The notes: generated by a model not told the origin, from the sequence alone. 64,000 nt of DNA from Candidatus Bathyarchaeota archaeon (GCA_963733095.1 CAVTBV010000013.1:64001-128000), one strand, 5' to 3'. Positions 30,389-43,559 are shown, counted from the first letter of the stretch. A program made the numbers and translations.

Positions 30389-30451
30389 CCACGCGGCCTT
30401 TCGACCACAGACTTAGCAGGCCTGCCCCATACCAGGCTTGGGGAATCCCGC
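30365..30451 (-). tRNA. tRNA-Ser(GCT), CCA encoded
   Basis: GCGGGAT/ATCCCGC acceptor, CAGGC-CTGCTAA-GTCTG anticodon arm, long variable arm, GGTTCAATTCC T-arm, discriminator G. Confidence 0.96.
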
Positions 30452-30615
30452 ACGCTAGTTCAGCCAATCCATTATGCTGTATTTCAATTAAACCTTTCTG
30501 GAAATTAAAACTAGCGGATTCGACAAACATTCTTCGCCCATACTTACCATTAAATCTAAATCTGACAAGCCAAAAATAAACAGAGGACAACTACCTTGTT
30601 TTGTGTGGGAAGCAT

Positions 30616-30978
30616 ATGGCGCCTAAGAAACAATTTAAAAATATAGATGACTACCTCTCAATTTTTCCTAAAGAAGTCCAAATTATTTTAGAAGAGATGC
30701 GGCAAGAGATTCGAGCGGCTGCACCGGAAGCGGAAGAGGTGATTAGTTATCAGATGCCTGCTTTCAAACAGAAAGGCGTTTTGGTGTGGTTTGCAGCATT
30801 TAAAGATCACATCGGGTTTTTTCCAACCGCTTTAGGTGTTGAAGCGTTTAAAGAGGAATTGTCCGGTTACGAAACAAGCAAGGGAACAATCCGATTTCCC
30901 ATAGATAAGCCAATTCCACTCGATTTGGTGAAGAAGATAGTGGAGTTTCGTGTGAAGGAAAATTTGGGTAAACGCTAA
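30616..30978 (+). CDS. DUF1801 (YdhG-like) protein
   Basis: IDDYL, AEEVISYQMPAF, HIGFFP, SKGTIRFP. Confidence 0.88.
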   Translation: MAPKKQFKNIDDYLSIFPKEVQIILEEMRQEIRAAAPEAEEVISYQMPAFKQKGVLVWFAAFKDHIGFFPTALGVEAFKEELSGYETSKGTIRFPIDKPIPLDLVKKIVEFRVKENLGKR

Positions 30979-31111
30979 TTTATGTAAGCTAATGGAGATA
31001 GATTTTTTAGAAGGATTTGGTTTAGCTGTTTCAATATAGTTTAAAAGGTTGACCTTGTTAACTATTGTCTTGCAGGTTTTTCTGCAAAAATAATGCCGTG
31101 TTGGTGCCAGA

Positions 31112-31543
31112 ATGGGGATTAAACTTTCAAAGTCAGATATAGCGTTTGTTAAACAATTACCAGTTTGCCGACTTGCAACAGCAACCGAAGAATGCGAACC
31201 CGTCGTACGCCCAGTCTGGGCTATTTTCGATGGCGCAAACATCTACATAGCCTCTGACCCCGATACACCCAAGCTGGAGCACATCGAAGCAAACCCACAG
31301 GTGTCGCTGGTCTTTGACGATTACGACGAGAAAAACTGGTCAATTATCAAAGGCATCCGTGTGCAGGGTGAAGCAGAGATTATGTGGAATGGCAAAGAAT
31401 ACCGTTACGCCCATGACCTTCTCAAAGAAAAGTACCCTGAATATGCGAGCCCCGAAGGAAGCTGGAAAGAAGGAGACGTGCCGATAATCAAGGTTACGCC
31501 GACATCTTTTAACAAGTGGTCTTTTGGGCAATGGAAAAAATAA
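31112..31543 (+). CDS. pyridoxamine 5'-phosphate oxidase-like (F420/FMN split-barrel) protein
   Basis: RLATA...PVVRPVW...KLEHIEANPQVSLVFD. Confidence 0.85.
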   Translation: MGIKLSKSDIAFVKQLPVCRLATATEECEPVVRPVWAIFDGANIYIASDPDTPKLEHIEANPQVSLVFDDYDEKNWSIIKGIRVQGEAEIMWNGKEYRYAHDLLKEKYPEYASPEGSWKEGDVPIIKVTPTSFNKWSFGQWKK

Positions 31544-31569
31544 TCGCGCCCAATGGTCATTCCTTTCTT

Positions 31570-32380
31570 TAATCAGCGCTTAGCTTAAAGACGCTTACCC
31601 AAAAAATTTTGAAGCCCAGACCAACTAAACGGAATTATTCAAAACATCGGGGCCTGATGGTTTATTGATATTTGAAACGCTGCTTTCACAAAGAAGTTTG
31701 GATGTACTCGCTAATCACTTACGGAGTCGCCATCGCCTTGAAGTATTCGGTGCAGATTCCAACTATAAACCAAGTAACCAACATCTTTGGAGCTCACAGC
31801 GTTGGATTAGGATTCTACTATGGGTTGCAAACGGATAGTTTTTGAAGTCGGCTTAGCCTTCGTGGTTGCTTGGTGGGCGGTTTCGAAGGACAAACTTGAT
31901 AGGCGGGACGCAGAAGCATACGGTCCGGGTTAGCTTTTTTGGAAAACGCCGCATTCCTAAGTGCCTTGTCACTATTCAACCTGGTTACTACTATGTTATT
32001 CTTTCCGGCAACAGTTCTCTGATACAACCCCTCTTCAACCAGTTAAATACGACTGCGCCTGGACTTTTTGCACCAGCTTCCGAAGCGTTGCGTTCTGTAA
32101 CTTTGGGAATCATTGAGAGGGTTTCATCTATTATGATTCATTTTGCATGAGGATACCTTTGCTCTATGGCGGCTATCTACCGTAAGAAACGGTTGTTTTT
32201 GATTGCATTGCCTTTTGGGGTTTATCGATTTTTTGGTACCTTTCGCTCAGGGCTCTATTGATGCTTTTGAGACTGTTGTGTTTGCGTTGTCTGTCCTCTC
32301 TGTTGCGGTAGCATGGTATGTAACCAGATGGATCCTAAAAAGCACTAAAACCCAGACACTAGCGTCTCAAGTCAGCTTTA
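31570..32380 (+). pseudogene. degraded YhfC/PrsW-like intramembrane metalloprotease
   Basis: Fragments in several frames: YYGLQT / FEVGLAF / LAFLEN / IERVSSIMIHFA*GYL; several frameshifts and an in-frame TGA; ends approximate. Confidence 0.65.
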
Positions 32381-32449
32381 ATTTTTGTGCTATCGAAAAG
32401 CTTATCCCTGAACCGCATCAAATATGAATTGAACTATTGGTGGGTAGGT

Positions 32450-33217
32450 ATGTCGTTTGAATCGGGCAGAAAACTTGGCTATTATGCCAGTTTAATTTAC
32501 CTTATTTTGCCAGTTGTTGCCATAGTAGGCGGAGTGGTTTTTGTTTTTTCCCTTATTGCTAGTGCCGCAACGGGAGTTGCCAACGGCACAGTTGTGCCAG
32601 CATTCGCGACTTTTTTCGGCGGATTCATCATATACATAATCGCTATTGCGATCATAGGCATAGTGGGTTTCATCCTGTTTATCGTGGCGATGTATCATTT
32701 GTCCAATTATTACAGTGAACCAACCATCTTCAAAAATATTCTGTATGCCTTCCTGATAAGCATCATTTCAACCATAGTCGTTTATGCCTTAGAATTTGCC
32801 TTCATACTATCGTCAATAACAAGGATTTCGCAGACAGGTACACCATCCACCGTCTTTCCCTTTTTTGCCTTGATAGGCGTAATCGGTGTGGGGCTAGTTT
32901 TCGCAATAGTTAACGGTTTGCTCTACATGCGTGCATTCAACAAGTTAAAAGAAAAATCTGGAGTAGACAATTTCGGGACTGCTGGTCTACTTTATTTAAT
33001 CGGCGCAATAATTCCGATAATTGCTTGGATAGCTTGGATTTTTGCCGCAATGGGATTCCACAAACTTCAACCACCCCCAGCAACCACTTCGACTGGTTAC
33101 TATCACATCCCTCCGCCGCCGACAAACTCATTGCAAATCAAGCATTGCCCGCGCTGCGGAACAGAAAACACTGTCAACTCACTTTTCTGCACATCGTGCG
33201 GCAACCCACTGCAGTAA
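32450..33217 (+). CDS. DUF996 membrane protein with C-terminal zinc ribbon
   Basis: LSNYYSEPTIFKN, SGVDNFGTAGLL, CPRCG...FCTSCG. Confidence 0.8.
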   Translation: MSFESGRKLGYYASLIYLILPVVAIVGGVVFVFSLIASAATGVANGTVVPAFATFFGGFIIYIIAIAIIGIVGFILFIVAMYHLSNYYSEPTIFKNILYAFLISIISTIVVYALEFAFILSSITRISQTGTPSTVFPFFALIGVIGVGLVFAIVNGLLYMRAFNKLKEKSGVDNFGTAGLLYLIGAIIPIIAWIAWIFAAMGFHKLQPPPATTSTGYYHIPPPPTNSLQIKHCPRCGTENTVNSLFCTSCGNPLQ

Positions 33218-33324
33218 AGCATAAAAATTCAAGCAAGTAAACGCTTCCACATCGCACAAGTACATCTGCTACAAAAAATTTTATATCTTGGGTGTTGCTC
33301 CTTTTAAATATAAGTTGTGATTAT

Positions 33325-34305
33325 ATGGCAGTCAAAATTTCCCCAGACTATATTGATTTGCTCAACAAAGCAGTTGAAAGAGAATTTCAAGTTTCTCTCC
33401 AATACATTCTTCAACACGCAAAAATGGAGAAGTTGGTCCGTAGAACTATCCCAGAAAATATACTTTTAGAAAAAACAATATACGATGCAGTTGGCAAGTT
33501 TCTGCGTGAAATTGCCATCCAGGAAATGAAGCATGCCGCTTCTATAATGGAGCGCATCTACTATCTTGGCGGACAAGCAACAACCAAAGCCAGTAAAGTA
33601 ACCGTTGGCGATAGCATCAGCGAATTTGCTAACCTTGGCGTAAAAGCTGAAGAAGAAGCCTTGGTTCTATACCGCCAAATCATCGACACCTCAGGGAAAA
33701 TGGGCGATTGGGAAACGCGGGAAGTCTTCGAGAAAATCTACGCTGAAGAAGAAGGACACCTCTTCAAGTTCCAAGAATACACAAAGTTCCAAGACGAAAA
33801 AGACGAACCCAGCAAAGTGCCATTGCCAGAATGGCGTAAAATTTACACAGACGACTACTTTGCGCTCTTAAACAAAGCGGTTTCTGCTGAAATCACAGGC
33901 ATAATCCAGTATACTAACCAGCATGAGAAGATGGCTTTCCTTGAACTAAGAATGAAAAACACCGCGCTCGAAGCAATCACGGAAACCAACAAAGCCGCCG
34001 TCGTAAGCAAAATTCTCAAAGACGTCTTCATGCAGGAAATGGACCACCTAGAAAAAATCAGCGAACGCATCTTCCTCCTCGAAGGCGAAGCCACATGGAA
34101 ACCCGACCCACTGCCAGTCGTCGGCAACACCGCACAGGACTTTCTGGTTTTAGACCACGCATTGGAAAGCAGCGCAATAACACTCTACCGACAAATCATT
34201 GCAGAAGCACTCAAACGCGGCGACACAACCACAAGACGCATGTTCGAAGACATAATCCTCCAAGAAGAAGACCACTTCTGGACCTTCGACGACTTCGTAA
34301 GATAA
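33325..34305 (+). CDS. tandem two-domain ferritin-like (bacterioferritin-type) protein
   Basis: Two repeats with E...QY, EMxH, EExH di-iron motifs. Confidence 0.85.
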   Translation: MAVKISPDYIDLLNKAVEREFQVSLQYILQHAKMEKLVRRTIPENILLEKTIYDAVGKFLREIAIQEMKHAASIMERIYYLGGQATTKASKVTVGDSISEFANLGVKAEEEALVLYRQIIDTSGKMGDWETREVFEKIYAEEEGHLFKFQEYTKFQDEKDEPSKVPLPEWRKIYTDDYFALLNKAVSAEITGIIQYTNQHEKMAFLELRMKNTALEAITETNKAAVVSKILKDVFMQEMDHLEKISERIFLLEGEATWKPDPLPVVGNTAQDFLVLDHALESSAITLYRQIIAEALKRGDTTTRRMFEDIILQEEDHFWTFDDFVR

Positions 34306-34443
34306 ACTCCTTCCCCCTACTTTTTAGGGCTTAATTTTTTTCTTTTTAACTATTTTTATACATATACGGGTCTACTCTCTTTGGATTTTGGGAAAACTTA
34401 AAATCCCTTTAACTCCAACAGTAATATAGCAGAGGCGAAGAGG

Positions 34444-34581
34444 ATGAGCGAAGAAAAGCAGCCTCGTTGTATGAACTGCGGGAACTTTATCGATGATTGC
34501 AATTGCGTGTGCCCATATTGTGGCGAAACTGAAAAATGCACATGTTGCATTGGACATGATAAAGCAACTGGCGGCGGATAG
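34444..34581 (+). CDS. 45-aa Cys-rich microprotein
   Basis: MSEEKQPRCMNCGNFIDDCNCVCPYCGETEKCTCCIGHDKATGGG; purine-rich RBS; below ORF cutoff. Confidence 0.75.
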   Translation: MSEEKQPRCMNCGNFIDDCNCVCPYCGETEKCTCCIGHDKATGGG

Positions 34582-34617
34582 TACCGCAAACAAAAAATTT
34601 TCAAAGTGAGAGACAAA

Positions 34618-37495
<2,878 letters not shown>

Positions 37496-37606
37496 CCCTC
37501 TTTTTTTGGTTAAAGAAGAAAACGTAAGGAGCTTCTCCTTTCTCCTCAAAACACATATCGCTGCTACAGCTTATAAACCACTATTTCAACAATCGATATA
37601 TTTCGT

Positions 37607-37996
37607 TTAAGGTTGCTTTTCTGCTTCATCGTCAAAATAGTAATCTTCAATGAACCTTGGCGTGCAAACGCAATAGAACACTAGATCAGTTTGGCCTGTG
37701 TTGGTTATTCTCTGTGATGCCCCCGCTGGAATGATGATGACATCACCCGCACCGACTATAGTTGGTTCCAAACCGGTAAAAGACACTTCGCCCTTCCCTG
37801 CAGTTATGATGTAGATTTCCTGGATGCCTTTTAAGTGGTGTGCTTTGGTTGTTACGCCTGGCTTAACTGTGGCTACAGCGATTGAAACGTCTCTGTCGCT
37901 AAAGTTTTCCGCTATATAGCAGCGTTCAGGCGTTAAATATGGGTTTAATGAGTGGGCTTTTACTATTTTCGGTTGCAAAGTTTCGCCTTTTCTCAT
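37607..37996 (-). CDS. cupin domain protein
   Basis: HHLKGIQEIYII..G.G; GDVIIIPAG. Confidence 0.85.
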   Translation of the reverse strand: MRKGETLQPKIVKAHSLNPYLTPERCYIAENFSDRDVSIAVATVKPGVTTKAHHLKGIQEIYIITAGKGEVSFTGLEPTIVGAGDVIIIPAGASQRITNTGQTDLVFYCVCTPRFIEDYYFDDEAEKQP

Positions 37997-38219
37997 GTTT
38001 GGTTTAGAAGCTAAAAGGTAACTATTGAATATGACTGTTTTTAATTATATTGATTGCGCAAGGCTTAACCAAAGATGTATTTGCTTGAAAATGGGGTTTT
38101 TTGGTGAAAAAGGGCTTGTTTCGGATTTTTTTATTTGGTGTTTTTTGTTTAAACTTTATGGAGTCGGCTGCGGGTTTGCTGGTTGTTTTGTGTGTTTGAT
38201 GTGAAAATAACTTATATAT

Positions 38220-38267
38220 GCGCTAACTGTAGTGTGTAGAGAAGACCATTAACACTATATCTATATC
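38220..38267 (+). promoter_or_regulatory. tandem NrdR boxes directly downstream of TATA
   Basis: GCGCTAACTGTAGTGT (38220) and ACACTATATCTATATC (38252), 32 bp apart, resembling acaCwAtATaTwGtg; TTATATAT at 38212. Confidence 0.6.
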
Positions 38268-38289
38268 TCAGGAAGAGCATGTATTAACT

Positions 38290-38739
38290 ATGAGATGCCC
38301 CTACTGCAACTCCGAAAATTCAAAAACCCTCGAAACACGCGACTCCCCAGACAACACCACACGAAGACGACGAGAATGCATCAACTGCGGAAAACGCTAC
38401 ACCACCTACGAATACCTCGAAACCGTCGAACTTATGGTCAGAAAAAAAGGCGGCGAACTCCAACGCTTCGACGAAAACAAAATTATCCGCGGCCTACAGA
38501 AAGCATGCGAAAAAAGACCCGTAACCATGAGCCAAATCAACGAGTTAGCAGGGAAAGTACGCCAAGACCTTATGCTTAAAGGCACCGGGGAAGTTGCATC
38601 AGGAGAAATCGGCGACTTAATCATGAAATACCTAAAGACTGTGGACCGCATCGCATACATTCGGTTCGCTTCAGTTTACAAGCAGTTTGAAGAACCTGAA
38701 GATTTCAGGAAATTACTCTTAGAAGTGAAAAAACAATGA
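38290..38739 (+). CDS. nrdR: transcriptional repressor NrdR
   Basis: MRCPYC...RRRREC..CGKRYTTYE, ATP cone, AYIRFASVY. Confidence 0.95.
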   Translation: MRCPYCNSENSKTLETRDSPDNTTRRRRECINCGKRYTTYEYLETVELMVRKKGGELQRFDENKIIRGLQKACEKRPVTMSQINELAGKVRQDLMLKGTGEVASGEIGDLIMKYLKTVDRIAYIRFASVYKQFEEPEDFRKLLLEVKKQ

Positions 38740-40862
38740 AGTTTGTACTAAAACGTGATAGTAAATTAGAACCTTTCGATCAAGAACGAATTACAGTCGC
38801 CATTTGGAAAGCTGCTAAAGCTGTGGGTGGAAGAGACAAAGAACAGGCTAAGCGAGTCAGCGACGAAGTCGTAACTTTACTTAACAAGCAGTACGGCGAC
38901 GATGGCGTGCCCACGGTTGAGGAAATCCAAGATCTCGTTGAAAAACGACTAATCGAAAACGGACATGCTTCAACAGCGAAAGCCTACATACTCTACCGTA
39001 AGCAGCATACCGACATGCGCGAGTTAGCGGCGCTGCTTAGCTCCTCCGACATGGTCGACCAGTATCTTGAGGTTGAGGACTGGCGGGTAAAAGAAAACAG
39101 CAACATGAGCTATTCGCTACAGGGACTCAACAATTATCTCTCATCCACAGTCATCGCCAAGTACTGGATTGCCCGAATTTATCCCTCAAAGATTGCTGAA
39201 GCCCACTTTTCAGGAGACCTGCACATTCACGATTTAGGTGTTCTTGGTCCGTACTGTGTAGGTTGGGATGTAAGCGACCTGTTACTTTCAGGGTTTGGTG
39301 GTGTAGCAGGCAAAATAGAGAGCAAACCTGCAAAACACTTCCGCACAGCGCTAGGACAAGTCGTAAACTTCTTCTATACCTTGCAGGGTGAGGCAGCAGG
39401 TGCACAGGCATTCAGTAATTTTGACACATATCTTGCCCCGTTCATACGCTATGACCACCTAAGTCAAAAAGAGGTGGAGCAGGCGTTGCAGGAATTCTTC
39501 TTCAACATGAACGTGCCAACTCGCGTCGGTTTCCAAACACCCTTCACCAACCTAACACTTGACTTAACCGTTCCAGACTTCATGAAGAACGAGGCTGTGC
39601 TCTACAACGGCAAAGTCACCCAAGACACCTACGGCGACATGACAAAAGAGATGGAAATGTTCAACATCGCCTTCGCCGAGGGCATGCGCCAAGGCGACTC
39701 AAAAGGCAGAGTATTCACATTCCCAATTCCAACATACAACATAACCAAAGACTTCGACTGGGATTCACCAGTTTCTCAAGCTATCTTTGAAGTCACAGCC
39801 AAATACGGCGTGCCATACTTCAGCAACTTCGTTAACAGCGACATGAAACCAGAAGATGTACGCAGCATGTGCTGCCGCCTACGCATAGATAACCGCGAAC
39901 TACGCAAGCGAGGCGGAGGATTCTTCGGCGCCAACCCCTTAACGGGCAGCATAGGCGTCGTCACGTTGAACCTCCCAAGAATCGGCTACCTGTCCAAAGA
40001 TGAGGACGAATTCTTTGAGCGACTTGAAACCTTGATGGAAACAGCCAAATCCAGCCTAGAAATTAAACGTAAAGTGCTTGAGGCATTCACAGATAACGGT
40101 TTATACCCCTATTCAAGGCGTTATTTGCGTCACGTTAAAGATGGATATGACAAGTACTGGAAGAACCACTTCTCCACCATAGGTATAGTGGGCGTTAACG
40201 AAGCAATCATCAATTTGCTGGGACAAAACATAGCGTCGCGCGATGGGCAAGCCTTCGCCATGAAGATGCTCACATTTATGCGGGACCGCTTAGCGGACTA
40301 CCAAGAGGAGACAGGCTGCATCTACAACCTTGAAGCCACTCCAGCCGAAGGAACATCCTATCGTCTTGCACGATTAGACAAAAAACGCTATCGAGACATT
40401 ATATTCGCTAATCAGAAACAAATCAACGCAAACCGAGCAGAACCTTTCTACACTAACTCTTCCCAGTTGCCAGTGGACTTCTCAGGCGACCTCTTCGATG
40501 CGCTTGAACACCAAGAAACTCTGCAGTCACTCTATACTGGAGGCACAGTATTCCACATATTCCTAGGTGAGCGCTTGCCATCTTGGAAATCAGCTGCGGA
40601 ACTAATCAAAAAAGTCGCTTGGAACTCAAAGCTGCCCTACTTCACCCTATCGCCAACGTTTAGTATTTGCCCAACCCACGGCTACACAAGCGGCGAACAC
40701 AAACTATGCCCCGTCTGTGAAGCACCCAGCGAAGTGTACTCGCGAGTCGTCGGGTACCTGCGACCAGTTGACCAATGGAACGATGGAAAACAAGCAGAAT
40801 TCGGCATACGCAAAACCTTCGACCGCTCAACCATAATGAAATCAGTCCCCATAACCGTATAG
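38736..40862 (+). CDS. nrdD: anaerobic (class III) ribonucleoside-triphosphate reductase
   Basis: ATP cone, SMCCRL, EATPAEG, CPTHG..CPVC, YSRVVGYL glycyl loop. Confidence 0.95.
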   Translation: MKFVLKRDSKLEPFDQERITVAIWKAAKAVGGRDKEQAKRVSDEVVTLLNKQYGDDGVPTVEEIQDLVEKRLIENGHASTAKAYILYRKQHTDMRELAALLSSSDMVDQYLEVEDWRVKENSNMSYSLQGLNNYLSSTVIAKYWIARIYPSKIAEAHFSGDLHIHDLGVLGPYCVGWDVSDLLLSGFGGVAGKIESKPAKHFRTALGQVVNFFYTLQGEAAGAQAFSNFDTYLAPFIRYDHLSQKEVEQALQEFFFNMNVPTRVGFQTPFTNLTLDLTVPDFMKNEAVLYNGKVTQDTYGDMTKEMEMFNIAFAEGMRQGDSKGRVFTFPIPTYNITKDFDWDSPVSQAIFEVTAKYGVPYFSNFVNSDMKPEDVRSMCCRLRIDNRELRKRGGGFFGANPLTGSIGVVTLNLPRIGYLSKDEDEFFERLETLMETAKSSLEIKRKVLEAFTDNGLYPYSRRYLRHVKDGYDKYWKNHFSTIGIVGVNEAIINLLGQNIASRDGQAFAMKMLTFMRDRLADYQEETGCIYNLEATPAEGTSYRLARLDKKRYRDIIFANQKQINANRAEPFYTNSSQLPVDFSGDLFDALEHQETLQSLYTGGTVFHIFLGERLPSWKSAAELIKKVAWNSKLPYFTLSPTFSICPTHGYTSGEHKLCPVCEAPSEVYSRVVGYLRPVDQWNDGKQAEFGIRKTFDRSTIMKSVPITV

Positions 40863-40878
40863 GAGAAAAAACATTACT

Positions 40879-41556
40879 ATGAAGTTTAGCGGATTACAAA
40901 AAATCAGCCTAGTCGACTACCCCGATAAGATAGCATCGGTGCTGTTTACGCCTGGCTGCAACTTACGCTGCCCTTTCTGCCACAACTGGCGCATAGCCGT
41001 TGACCCGCAACCACCGTTTCTGCAAGAAGGCTTGGCACTAGAGATTTTGGAGAGCCGCAAAAAATACGTTGATGCCGTCGTGGTCACGGGCGGTGAACCA
41101 TGCATGCACAAAGAACTGCCTAAATTCTTAGGTAAACTTAAGGAACGCGGCTTTATGGTAAAGTTGGATACAAACGGTTTCTTCCCAAACGTCCTTGAAG
41201 AATGCTTGGGAAGCGTGGATTACGTGGCTATGGATGTTAAAACCTGCGCTGAAAAATACAAGCTGCTGGGTGCCAAAGACACAACGGAACTGATGCGTAC
41301 TGTGGAAATTCTAAAAATGGGTAAAGTGCCATACGAATTCCGCACCACTGCGGTTCCAGAACTCGTTACGGCCCAGGATGCTACATGCATCGGAGAGATG
41401 GTTAAAGGCTCAAAAACCCATGCACTCCAACAATTCGTCCCTCAAGACACGCTCGACAAACGCTATCAGACCTTCAAGCCTTATGCGCCGGACACAATCA
41501 ATGACTTCGCAAAAATAATTCAGCCTTTTACCGAAAAAGTCGTTGTCCGCATCTAA
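40879..41556 (+). CDS. nrdG: anaerobic RNR activase (radical SAM)
   Basis: CNLRCPFCHN, TGGEP, KLDTNG. Confidence 0.92.
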   Translation: MKFSGLQKISLVDYPDKIASVLFTPGCNLRCPFCHNWRIAVDPQPPFLQEGLALEILESRKKYVDAVVVTGGEPCMHKELPKFLGKLKERGFMVKLDTNGFFPNVLEECLGSVDYVAMDVKTCAEKYKLLGAKDTTELMRTVEILKMGKVPYEFRTTAVPELVTAQDATCIGEMVKGSKTHALQQFVPQDTLDKRYQTFKPYAPDTINDFAKIIQPFTEKVVVRI

Positions 41557-41623
41557 AATTTTCTATTTTTTCTTGAAAATTTTTAGCTAAACCTTTGTGC
41601 CTCTTTAGTTTTTTCTTAAATTA

Positions 41624-41955
41624 ATGCAAAATGCAAAAAACAGAACTATTGCTATTTTAATTGTGGCAATTTTAGCAATTCTATAGGAGGTTCAGTGACT
41701 ACTTCTGGACTCAGCAAAGTAACTGTTGACGCACCCAGCGTGACATGACAACCTCAATGCCAGTGACTGTACCAGGCACGATTATTATATCAACAGCTTT
41801 CCACGAAAGCTAACAATCACTGGAGCAACCCTGTTCCAACCACAGTGTCATCAATGGCTGACCAATACTTCGCCGCAATGATTGCGATGAATAGTCTTGC
41901 AATTGCCATAGTTGGAGAAGTACTGGCCGTTCTGTTGGTAAGAAAAAGACCATAA
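41624..41955 (+). pseudogene. internally deleted relic of a PQQ-type beta-propeller gene
   Basis: Signal peptide MQNAKNRTIAILIVAIL, fragment GLSKVTVDAPS, C-terminal SMADQYF...VLLVRKRP*. Confidence 0.65.
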
Positions 41956-42107
41956 AAAACTGCAAAAAACAACTTTTTCTCCTTCTTTAATTTCAAAAAC
42001 ATCAATTGTTCAACCCCTACATTTCCCATAGAAACACTTGTTGTAGGCACCTAACAGTCACAACTTCTAAAGAACCTAACAAAACTCTACTATTTTGAGG
42101 CAAAAAT

Positions 42108-42689
42108 ATGAAAATAGCAATCATAGGCAAAGGCAACGTTGGCACAGCGCTCCATACTGGTTTAAGCCGAGCGGGACACGAAACAAAGTTTGGCCATCGC
42201 GACCCAACAGAACCAGTTTCTGAAGCCGCAAAATGGGGCGAAATAATCATCCTCGCCGTTCCACATGAAAACGCAAACAACGCAATAGAAGCAATAGGAC
42301 AGTTTGCTGACGGAAAAATCGTAATCGATGTCATGAACGCCATTGGGCCAAAAATGGATTTAGGAATCAGCTGCACAACATCCAGCGCTGAAGAAACCCA
42401 GAAAAAACTCCCTAAAGCCCATGTAGTAAAAGCATTCAACACAGTGTTTGCCCCAAACCAGAGCACCGCAAAACTTGGAGATGAACAGCTAACAGCTTTC
42501 CTTGCAGGAGACGACCCAAAAGCTAAACAAACCGTAGCTAAACTAACCAAAGACATCGGTTTTGATCCAGTAGACTGTGGACCCCTAAAAGCAGCCCGCT
42601 ACCTTGAAGCCATGGCAATAATGATAATCAATTTAGCATACACATACGGTATGGGCAACAAGATAGGATACAAACTGGTAAAAGCTTAG
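42108..42689 (+). CDS. NADPH-dependent F420 reductase family oxidoreductase
   Basis: GKGNVG, ILAVP, VVKAFNTV, DCGPL..ARYLE. Confidence 0.88.
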   Translation: MKIAIIGKGNVGTALHTGLSRAGHETKFGHRDPTEPVSEAAKWGEIIILAVPHENANNAIEAIGQFADGKIVIDVMNAIGPKMDLGISCTTSSAEETQKKLPKAHVVKAFNTVFAPNQSTAKLGDEQLTAFLAGDDPKAKQTVAKLTKDIGFDPVDCGPLKAARYLEAMAIMIINLAYTYGMGNKIGYKLVKA

Positions 42690-43559
42690 ACCAAAACTCT
42701 TTTTGTGGCGCCATCGTGTGTTTATGAAAATTTTTCTTGCTTGACTGGGTTCAGGTGAGACAGTACCAACCGTCCATGAGCCAGTCACTAAAGATTCCCA
42801 GCTTTGTCAAACACCGTTTGTATCCAGTGAAAGGCACAGATGCCAACCCCCTTAGACTCTGAAGGGTTATGATTCTTTTTGTTAACCTAATGAAAGTTTA
42901 CTGCAACGTAAAAAACTCTGGTACATACAATCTTGGGTTTTATAAACCATAAGATAAATCGAGTCTGGAAACGAATTCATACTTTTTTTACGAATCTTTT
43001 ATTGACCATTTGACCGTTCTTTTGGGGATTTCCAGTGTAGAACAACAACAATCGGAATTTTTTTGGGTGTTGTTGTTCTTTCACAAGCCCTAATTTTATG
43101 AGTTTTGGCGAACCGCTTCTTCGGTGTATTCTCCGTTGAAGCTGAAGGGTAAGACGCCAAGATATCTGGTGGGTTAGCCAAGAAATTTAACTCCTTTTTT
43201 CCCGTGAGAATTTGTTACAAGCCTCAGAGGAGGCGAGGCGATTCACAGATTTCTTACTCGCAACAGAGGCTCTGAGCAACAGCCACACCAATAATTATGG
43301 TCTATGCAATGAAAAAATCTGCCATAAGAAATAGTCATCTCTTGTAGTTGCCTCTCCCCAAAACCAAACCACTTTAGAAATTGAACTCCAAAATCCTGAA
43401 CTCTCTTTAAAATTCTGAAAAGAAAAAAAGTAAGGAAATAGCGAGCAACTTATTCGCTATTTTATAAAGTGTGAATTAAAATCCAGAAGCTTTATACCAT
43501 AAAGTTTAAGGGTAAATGTTTGTTTTAGGTTGCGAGTATTTACGCTTGAGGTTTGTGGT

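Noticed and set aside
30357-30590. 77-aa minus-strand ORF and the 3' part of ORF 30310..30579
   Set aside because: They overlap tRNA-Ser; only the part of the + ORF up to att is meaningful as int(N).
32148-32150. In-frame TGA as possible selenocysteine or Trp recoding
   Set aside because: It lies in a gene with several frameshifts, and TGA is used as a normal stop elsewhere; simple pseudogene decay.
42700-43450. Long intergenic stretch, possibly a decayed minus-strand gene
   Set aside because: No continuous frame or motif that I can assign with confidence.
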